Assembly: GCF_009834535.1 (NCBI RefSeq)
Contig: NC_045697.1
Location: 68,326,001-68,390,000, forward strand
Reading direction: 5' to 3'
Origin: Camelus ferus
Taxonomy: Eukaryota
Length of the DNA stretch: 64,000 nucleotides
Under the pieces are notes generated by a model. It was not told the DNA's origin, did not search any database, and worked only from the letters and a program-made list of their open reading frames with translations. This document shows positions 54,567-64,000 of the stretch, piece by piece (within the stretch, counting starts at the first letter, position 1; the number at the start of each line of letters is the position of its first letter). Both the position numbers and the translations under genes were made by a program.

Positions 54567-55058
54567 TGTCAACTGGAAAAAAAATGCACATTGTGGGATT
54601 TTTGAATTAAGCTTTATTTAGAGCAAAATGAGGACTATAGCCTGAGAGACAGCATCTCAGATAGCTCTGAAGAATTGCTCTGAAGGGGTAGTGAGGGAAG
54701 TCAGTGTTATGTGTAATTTTAGTGAAGGGCATACATGCAATCAAGCACACATTTTGGCAGAGGCTCACTGCTTGTCTCATGGAGGTTATTGCTAGTCATG
54801 AGGAACAGATGTCTCCATGAATGATTTTAGTGCTTTTCTAGATATGGGAAGATGCAATAAATTGGGCTTGTAAACTCTTCTCCTGAAAATATCTAACTAT
54901 CTGAAGGCCTGTTCTCCCAGTTTTTCCCAGAGCACAGAGTGCCTCGTTCCTGATCCCCACCATGAACTACTTTGAGGGTTTGTTGAAGGTCAGCGACTGC
55001 AGTGGTTGATGACTATCCTTGTAGAGGCAGGTGGCAAGTGCTAATGTTTTAGTTGGCT
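54567..55058 (-). mobile_element. ERV1/MER41-like solo LTR
   Basis: TGTCAACT...AGTTGGCT termini with a perfect 4-bp TSD ATGT (54563-54566 and 55059-55062); GAGACAGCATCTCAGATAGCTCTGA motif. Confidence 0.85.
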
Positions 55059-57153
55059 ATGTAGAACTGTTATTATTGTATGAAGGTATCTGCTTTTTAC
55101 CCAGTTGTAACCACAGCTGTACCAGGAGCTAGGATTTAAGTCCAGTGCCTGGAATTTATTGAGGAAGAGGCTTATCAAGGGGTATGATTTACATGCCCAA
55201 TGACAGGGAACCAGGCAAGATCACTGGCTCAGAACATTGCTCATATGGATGAATCATCAAATTCTCCTACTTGAGGCTAAGTTACAATTATGAAAATGAG
55301 GTAGAATTTGGGGAAAGATGCATTAAGGCGTAATGGAAGAGGTATGGTAGCAGCTGAGGTAGAAACAAAATAGAAGTTCTGAGACTAAACCAGAGTTAGC
55401 TCCTAGTGGCTCTAATAGAAAAGATGTTCGCAGCAAATTACAGGTTTTTTAAAAATCTGGGTCAGCTTTAATGCACCATAGTTAGACCCATTGGTGAGGA
55501 CTCCTTTCAAGTATGAATATACCAGAAACTATTAAAGCAAGATATGATCTTTTCATTACTGACTTAATTGATTCCTTTGTGGTCTTAGGAGACTCCAAGT
55601 CCTTTGGGCCTCAGGATCCTTTACATCTAAGTCTTCCTCCAGGATCCTGCACCCTCCAGATGCAGGGAAGGAATCTTTAAAAATATCAAGATAGATAAAA
55701 GTATATCTGAATGTAAGACACAATTTGCAATAGTAATATGAATGCAGGAGCTGCTTCTCATAGCCAGTCTCTCAAGGCTTGAAGCTCTGTTCTATTAACC
55801 TATATTTTTCAAATACTTAAGTATTCCCAAATGGCACACCTAATGTGTAAAGTGATGTACAATTGGATGTCATTGGATGCATTTTAGATTTAAATTTTAA
55901 ATGGGTAGGTGGCTAGGGTGTGGTAATCTTGTTTAAGATTATGTCTATAGTGGATAACTTTATCAAACCATAATTAAAATAGTAATTTGATTTGATTTAA
56001 TATTTTTAACATTTTTATGAAAAGGAAAACATTCAGTAACAGAAAAAAAAGCATTTCCTTCTTAAAAACAAAAAAACTTATTTTAGTACCATTATTATTT
56101 ACCAATATTCATCCTAAATAATAGTTGTTAAAAAAGTTATCACATACTGGTGAGAACTGAAGACATTACTATACACAGAAAATAGAATTTAAATCTATTG
56201 ATTAATTAAAATCTCCCTCATATATGGAATCTCAGTTTAACCCACAATTGGAATACATCATACAACTTGAAATAGATAGGTATAGCACAAACATATATTT
56301 ATATCATTTGGTTTGAAAAATTACTGTTGTACAAGAAATAGATATTTTATTCATTGTAGAATATGAAACTAAGCAATAAAAGAAAAAAAGTAAAAAAAGA
56401 ATCACCAATAATTTTACAATACAGAAATAACCAAAGGTTGATATTGTATTTGGTTCAAAATGATACCCAGTTAGTCATACGTCCTGTTAACATAAGCCTA
56501 GATCTACAAACTTAGTTTCATTTGTTCTATTAAAATAGATTTCTGTCTTCTGCAAATGGGGTTTATTTTAGTGACGCAAAGAGCAGGAAGAATAATAAAA
56601 ATAATATTTAAATACAGGGCTAAGATTTTGAAAGCATAATCAAATGAGCCCATCACCATTATTTCTAGTACTATATGGTCAATTATGCCTTACCCAAGAA
56701 AAAAGAAGCTAGTGTCCTAATTGTTTAGCCATAATGTCAAATAAGTTTTGTTTATCTAACAATTTGTCTGATGCATTTAGAAGAATTTATATCAAAACTT
56801 TGGACTAAATACATTGAAACAGTTTGTTTCATTTGGGCTTTCTAGTCTTTTTAAAACTATATGTATTTTTCATATAACATTATTTTTTTCATATAAACAG
56901 TTTGCCTTTCTTAAACTAATTGTTTTACTTTACTTTGATTTTAAATATATATACTTAACATATTCATACAAGATGGAGAGGAAACCTTTTTTAATTTCTC
57001 TAGCATTTTAGGACCATTTATATACTAGCAAAGTAAGGACAATATTTTACACTTATCATATAAACAGTGGTGTGTAGAGAAAAAAATAATGATTAAGTAA
57101 CCAAAATTAGTTTAAAATGTACCATATATTAATCTGTGATTAAATGGATAATT

Positions 57154-57209
57154 ATTAAGAAATTAATAAAGTAGTTAGTCATTAAGAAATTAAGAAAGTA
57201 GTTAGTCAT
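57154..57209. repeat. 27-bp tandem duplication
   Basis: ATTAAGAAATTAA(T/G)AAAGTAGTTAGTC twice. Confidence 0.9.
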
Positions 57210-57746
57210 ATGTAATGCAATTTTAAATAGCTAAAAATGACTTGGTTCTACCAATTCAAAAAAATAAGTAAACTAAATATCTTGTATTTAAGATATAAGA
57301 TATTGTATCTGTTATATCTTAGCTGTTGTTTCTTGACTGTTATATCTTAACAGTCAACTTTTGCTATACATAAAGTATGCAAGGGTATGTCTATGTATTC
57401 AGCTTATTTTAAAAAAAAGAAATTGTAATTCAGTTCACCATCTGTTTTGCAAATGAAGAGTGATGAGGGCAAAATAAGTCAATCAATTGGTGGAAAACAA
57501 GTTTGTAAAACTCTAAGCCAAATCAGGTAGTGTGCAGCCATAGTCAAGTTTAGATAATATTACTAATAAGTTTTAAAATGACTTGTGCTTAATTTTATTA
57601 ATAAGAATCAAATTCATTCCTAAATCATACAAATGTCACTTAATAGGAATTTGAGCATGAGTTTCAGGAAAGAACATTGATTCCTTTAGATTCCCAGATT
57701 CACTTTTCAATAATTGAGAAAAAATCAGTTGACTGTCAGTCACTAA

Positions 57747-57980
57747 GAATGATAGCTAACATTTACAAACAGATTTTTATATGATAGGCCCTTTCTATTT
57801 TCACATGCATCAATTCATTTAATCCTCAAATAAAACTTTTGAGTTTGGTGCTATTATTGTCCTTATTTTATAGTTATGAAACTAAACTTCAGAAAAGTCA
57901 TTCCTCAAAGATAGGAAGTCAAAGGTATGTAATTCACAGTCAGAACTCTTCACTAGAGCTCCTTCTCCAGCTATTGTGTG
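57747..57980 (-). mobile_element. MIR SINE
   Basis: ATAGCTAACATTTA..TCATTTAATCCTCA..ATTTTATAGTTATGAAACTAA. Confidence 0.7.
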
Positions 57981-58276
57981 ACACTGCCCTGAGGGAGCAG
58001 GCTTGAGGTGGCTAGTGGGGTACATCTATAAGATGGAACTACAAAACCCTGCAAAAACCATGGTAGGAAAAAAAAGAGCTTCTCACTGTCAAGTCAAAGC
58101 CAGATCTATTTCTTTTTGCAACTTAATGACTATTCAGTCTTTTGAAGGCAGGGCTATACCACACTTATACATTACCAGGCTAAAAGCTGATAGTTATATA
58201 CTAACTGTCAAAAGAAACAAAATGCATTAACAATTACATTTATAAGAAATGCTTAACATAGCAAAACTTGCACAGA

Positions 58277-58515
58277 ATAATAGCTATAATTTATTGAGCA
58301 TTAATTTTATGCCAAGTATTGCCCATTACTTAATTTAATATCTATAATATGCCTATGATGTAGGAATTATTATTTCTAACATTATTCCTCATTTCCTAAT
58401 AAGTAAATAGAGGTTTAGAAATGTTTAATGACTTGCTCGAGTTTCAAAGTAAGAAAATGATATGAGTTTATAAATCTAATTCCAGACCCTCTTATTTCTA
58501 CAGTAAACTGCATTA
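58277..58515 (-). mobile_element. MIR SINE
   Basis: ATAATAGCTATAATTTATTGAGCA..TAAGTAAATAGAGGTTTAGAAATGTTTAATGACTTGC. Confidence 0.7.
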
Positions 58516-60124
58516 CAAAAATGCTTCCTTGCTACCTAATAATTGCCATGTTTATGCATTACTTGTAATATTGTATATAAATGCCCGTTTTATCTTCTAT
58601 ACTCACAGTATAAATGATCCATCTCCTCATTTCAAATCAAAGTATGTCAGTTATCTCCTGTGTCCCCAAACTTCTTCTTTCTGACCAAAAATACACCATA
58701 ATATCTATGTCATTAAAATTTAAAAAGACAATTGAAAAAATGAACTCACAATAAGTTTTTCTCTCCTGTGTGAAACCAAAAATCCAGGGATTAGAAATTA
58801 TAACATATAAATACTTGAAATTTCTCAAGCAGATAATCTCTGGCATGAGAGAATTGCCCTAATTTGTATATAGCTCAGATAGTCATAGAATACTTAATAG
58901 TATTATTTAATATTTACTTGTATTTTACTCCATTTTCCTTACCGCCCTTTGGTGTTCAATGGCAGCATCAATTATACTTTCTATCTCTTCTTTGAAATTT
59001 CAAAATGCGATTTGTGGATTTTATAAGCATTCATTTGTACAATATGCAGTTAAAATAACAACAGAAAACCTTAATTTCAGTACTACATTCAAACCTACAC
59101 TTAACATTTTAAGAATTCTGAAACAATGATACTGTTTTCAGAAATGTCAGTAAGTCACCCCTGAAATTCCTCCCCTTTCTCTTCCTAAAGCTGTAATAAA
59201 GTGCTAGTGTATGATGTTTAGTGAACGGAATTAAGTGATGAGCTATATCTGTTACAATAAAAAAACACTTTCAGAAATAAATTAAGTGATATTTTGACTT
59301 GTTACACTAATGGAGAAAAGCTCGATCATACATCTTTCTCGAAGTGCATCTGAAGGTCTCTTTGCCATTGGCATCAACCAGCTGAAACATTAAGCTCATC
59401 TGGCTCCTTTAGTGGAAATATCCAGTTTGACCTAAGTCAATGCAGGTAAAAAGTGCATATGATTTAGGGGCTCTAATGCAATAGTTAATAGCTCTGCTGG
59501 AGTGGCATGTTTTATGTCCCGAGTGTGCTTCCTGTTTCCTTCACTTTAATTATTCAACATTTTAGGTATGGCTCTTTCCATCCAACTTCCATGTTGTTTT
59601 AGAGTTAGTTACTGTTCATAATCAAAATATTTTATCACTGAGGAAGAAGGAAGAAGTCATTCTCTGAAGTCATGTATTTTCCCTGATATAGAAGGATTAT
59701 TCCCTTAAGGATATTTTGTGTACTTTGTCCTTTTTTATTGTAGTTATCTCCAGACAGAGAGATGATTTCTGTCATTTTCCCTGAAAGGTCATTTGATCCA
59801 TTATTAAATTTAGGGATTTAAAATTTTTTCTTTATTTTATACATTCCCTTTTCTTAATTTCATCTAAATTTCACTAGGTAAGAGACCTCATAATGGCCTA
59901 AGTAATTTCTCTTCACTTTCTAACTACATTTTCTACATAAGATGATGATATGAAATGATCAAAGAATAATTTTATCTACACCACATAATATTAATTTCAC
60001 CTATTTTATTGTGAAAAATGGACCTATATCTTAAGATATTTAACTTCCAAAGTACCGTATAGTGAAGTCACCTCTGAGAGAAAAGTAAATGAAATGTTTT
60101 CTTAGATAATTATAGTCTTCTAAA

Positions 60125-60460
60125 ATTTCAATTTTAATAGTTGGTAATACATTCACTTGATATAAAATTCAGAAAGCACCAAAAGTTATACAACGAAAAG
60201 AAAATTCTTCCCCCACTTTTCCCTCCAAGCAGCTCATTATCCCAACCAGTTTCTCCATCAATCTTCCAAAGATATTTTTTCTTACTTACTATCTTAATAA
60301 GTAAAATGCATATATAACCATTATATATAGTGAGAAATTATGGAACACAAGTGGTAGCATGAAATAAAAGTTAACTGCAATTTGATCATTCCACTTAACA
60401 TATCATTGATATTTTTGTAATATTAATAATCGAGCCATCTCATTCTTTTTGATGACTGAT
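60125..60460 (-). mobile_element. L1ME-like 3' end
   Basis: GGTAATACATTCACTTGATATAAAATTCAGAAAG..CCACTTAACATATCATTG. Confidence 0.55.
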
Positions 60461-61234
60461 ACCAAACTTGTAGCAATTGAAGTAGTCAAATTCTGAACTA
60501 ATTTTAAATAACTAACAGGATTTTCTGCGTATCAAGGATCACTCCAGTTTTTCTGGTCTAAAAAACTAAGATGGAGTTGCCTTAACATAGATGGAGAAGA
60601 TTGTAAATAGAGATTTTTGTGAAATGATCAGGAGCCTAGGTTTTAACACCTTAACTTTGAGATATACATTATTCATTATATGTATGATCATTTTTGCCAT
60701 TACCTTCTTCATGTTTAAATCTTGCCCATTACTATGCTACTTAGTGTTAGGCCTGTACCAGCACAACAGAAGGCATATTCTAGGAACACATTTTAGGAAA
60801 TATATGAGTTGAATGAATGATCACATCTATGAATGGTCATTGGTCTGGACACAAGTACCATCTGGGTGGTTGATCTCTGGCATTACTTCCTAAGTGTCCC
60901 AGGTAGTACTTTCTTCACTCCTCACTCAGTTCCTTCTTCCTAGAACTGCTTTGGTAAAGGAAAAAGATGAGAAGGAGAAGGGCAGAAATAGTGCAAAGGG
61001 AGAAAAAAAAGAGAGAAAGGAAGTGAATTGGAAAAAAAAAAGTAGGACAAAGGGAAAACTTATATTGAAGGAAAATAAATAAGTACTTAATTATTAAAAT
61101 TAAGAAAGAGTATACAGTTGGAAAAGCAAACAGGCAATGTAAATACCCGAAAGGGAGGGAAGGATAAATGCAATAAATTTGTCTTTTCAAAAATATGTTC
61201 ACCAACACGGAACAGAAGAGTTTTTTAAAGTCAG

Positions 61235-61430
61235 TCATTTGTGGGTTTGAAATCTGTCTCCCACCCTATCCAGGCTTATGACCCTGGGGAAGCCACAGCT
61301 TCTCTAGTCTCACTGTATTCGTTTGTAAAATGGTATTGATGATAGGTACCCTTCAGGGTAGATTGTTGTTGGGATTAGAGGAGCTAAATCTGGTAACTAC
61401 CTGGCACACAGAAACTCAAAATGTTATTTT
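61235..61430 (+). mobile_element. MIR SINE
   Basis: GGGTTTGAAATCTG..TGACCCTGGGGAAG..TTTGTAAAATGG..CCTGGCACACAG. Confidence 0.7.
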
Positions 61431-63594
61431 TTCCTTATTCTCCTACAAATCCTCTTCATTAAAAGATGGTATATATCAATAAGCAGGTGACTTGAGAATT
61501 CTCTGCCTCAGTTTTGCGTTAGTGAGACCCTGAATACTCAAAGATATGCTGACCATATAGAATAGAAGCAGATTTCCAGGAGCAGCTAACTCAGCTGAGA
61601 TAAACAATCAGTATTTGATCAAAGGTGGTCACCTATGATGAAACCGATTATTTTTTTTATTAGGTTGAGCTTTAAATCCTGTAAGTTTGCCATTTTCTTT
61701 TTAACTGGCTCATGTATTAGCTGTTTCAAAGAACATTAAAAAAATAAAACAGGCAATTTTCCTGCACTGAAAAATAACTATGAAAAACAAGACTTTTCAT
61801 TAAAAATCACAATTATTATATGACAGTACTCATTGTATAACATAATGCTGAATGAAGTATTGGAAGAATAGAGAAACAAACCTGTAATTATATTCTTTAA
61901 TCTCATTTTCAACATTCAAAAATGAATTGTGAACGATTTTGTTAGGTGTCCAGACTTTATAAATGCTTCATCTCCATAAAGATTATTTAAATTCCACTCA
62001 AATAGAACTATTTTTTCCTTTTTAAAAATTTCCTAATGCTTTGTAAGTTTTCATTCTTCCCTTGGGTTCTTGAGGGAAATAAGGTAAAGAGCACTGAAGA
62101 ACAGAAAAACGCAGGAGAACAGTCTGTTTTGTGACTACTAATAATTATGTAATTATGATCTGACACCACAGATGTTTACCAGGTACTTCCTGCGTACATG
62201 GCATTGAGGTTCCAAAGATACAGGTCAGGGGAGGATGAGCAGCACATGTCCTCTTTCCAAAGAGTCCATGGGGAATTGACTGCTATTTTTTATACCAAGG
62301 TGTCTGGATTATGCCTGTTCCAACATCAGAAGCTTCCAAACACAGGACTGTTTAATAAGCTTAGTGATCTCTAAGAAACATTTGCCAGAAAGAAAACCTG
62401 AGGATCGTGATTTCAAAGTGACTCAAACAGAGCTTTTTACTACAAAGAGTCTTTTCAATTAGAATGCTGGAAATCAGACAACGCGCTAAGATGTAAGGTA
62501 ACAAGGGCGGGCAAGTTGGGGCTGCCTATAGGTAGATTTAATTCAGCTCCTTGAAGAAACCTGGAGTGCAGCAGATAGCAATTCCTTGCATTTGCTCCCT
62601 TGTTTCAGCTTTGAGTGTCTTTACGTATAGTCTGTTATTCTTTCAAGTCTACTGTGAAGCAGCTATTAGTTTTAAGAAGCTTTTGTTTCCAAAGGGAGCC
62701 TTTTACCTTTCCCATAACAGAAAATAAAATTACTAAATACTGCAAGTTTGGGCCTGTTTCTAATCATGGGGAGATTAAATGAGAGGATCATTTGACAGTC
62801 TCGGAATGTTGGAAACATCAACTAATGACCTTTGTTATTAACGACCTAGACCCTCAGGCAATGAACCTAGCCAACACTGATTAAGAGAGAAGCCTGCTGG
62901 TTTTTACAGCTATATAAAATAGAAGGAGTCTGTGTTAATAGAGCAGGGATAGGGCAGAGAAAAAAATGTAAAACTGAATGAGCTATAAAAAAAGAATGTT
63001 TTTTTCCTTCCTTTGTGCTACATGTTAGAAAATTAATTAACAAATATGAAGGCTCAGAAGTAATTTTAAATTGATGTGGAGACTAAGTCTCTGGAATCGA
63101 CAAGTCAAAAAAAAAAAAAGTCACCCACCAAATTCTGTGAACTTGGCCTGCACACACTCCAGAAGATGTATCATTGTCTAAAGGCAGCTACATCAAGAAC
63201 CTGAGACTTAGCAGAGTCCTGGCCAACTTCCCACCTGACTTCAGTGGTGGGTTTCGCCATTAATATAATAATAGTCCTCAGGGGTCTCTCCTGTTAAGTG
63301 CTCTTTCTGTTCTGAAGTGGCATCAGGGGATTGCTCTGCTCCTCTTGGCAGGGTGTTTTTTACACAGGCACCACCCACTGCTTGAAACACTTCTTGAAAT
63401 TATTGTTCAAACTTTGTTTAACCATTGTTAGTCCATTTTTCCCTGTCCTGGCAGTTTAATGAATGCAACTGATTGATACCTGTTTTTCATTTTGAAAAGA
63501 CTGTGATGCTTAAATCCACATTGGTTTCAACTATTCATTGATTTTGAGCTATTAAGATGTTTACACACAGAGAAACTTTTTGCAGTTGCATTAG

Positions 63595-63760
63595 AAAATT
63601 TCCTTATTAAAAGTAATTTGAAGTAGAAAGAATGTGAAGAAGCATAAAAGCAGATTATATGAAACTAAAATTACCCATAATCCAAATACCCCATAGAAAT
63701 ACTCACTGTAATAATTGGTTATGCTTCTAAGGAATCTTTCTTTCTATAAAAATTGAGTTC
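63595..63760 (-). mobile_element. L1ME-like 3' end interrupted by a young L1
   Basis: AAAATTACCCATAATCC..CCCCATAGAAATACTCACTGTAATAATTGG. Confidence 0.5.
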
Positions 63761-63761
63761 A

Positions 63762-64000
63762 GATGGGAATACAATCATAGTTGGAGATTTTAACACCTCA
63801 TTAACATCACTAGACAGATCTTCCAGACAGAAAATAAATAGGGCAACAGCTAAATTAAATAATACAATAGAAAAATTAGATTTGGTGGATATTTTCAGAG
63901 CATTACACCCCCCAAAAATAGGATATACATTCTTTTCAAGTGCACATGGAACATTTTCTAGGATTGATCATGTACTTGGGCACAAAAGAAACCTCAACAA
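63762..64000 (+). mobile_element. Young 5'-truncated L1 starting in the ORF2 endonuclease domain; continues past the window
   Basis: Open frame [43 protein letters not shown]; about 14 differences in 239 bp versus 31881-32119 by manual alignment. Confidence 0.95.

Overview
AT-rich mammalian genomic DNA, intergenic or deep-intronic. No protein-coding gene, structural RNA gene or CRISPR array is recognisable. The style of the young L1 3' ends and the absence of young lineage-specific SINEs suggest a camelid-like artiodactyl (inference). The window is dominated by transposable elements. (1) A full-length but disabled LINE-1 on the minus strand (28425-35503) has a CpG-island 5'UTR, ORF1, a ~400-nt inter-ORF region and ORF2. 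(2) An L1 is nested in another L1, both with TSDs (42.0-43.6 kb). (3) A 5'-truncated L1 with a TSD sits inside an ERV1/MER41-like LTR (50.4-54.5 kb), next to a second solo LTR with a 4-bp TSD. (4) A young L1 fragment runs off the window end. Ancient MIR, L2, L3/CR1, MaLR, ERVL, MER21, MER5 and MER2 relics are scattered throughout. Repeat family names come from recalled consensus motifs and need a RepeatMasker/Dfam check; boundaries of old repeats are approximate. The most interesting leads are in the full-length L1: an inter-ORF splice acceptor plus a 75-aa ORF overlapping the ORF2 start, and an antisense ORF0-like ORF and intron in the 5'UTR. Outside it are an isolated 56-nt exon-like segment, a perfect 99-bp tandem duplication and a few enhancer-like unique regions. 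I cannot support a claim of a novel system beyond these hypotheses.
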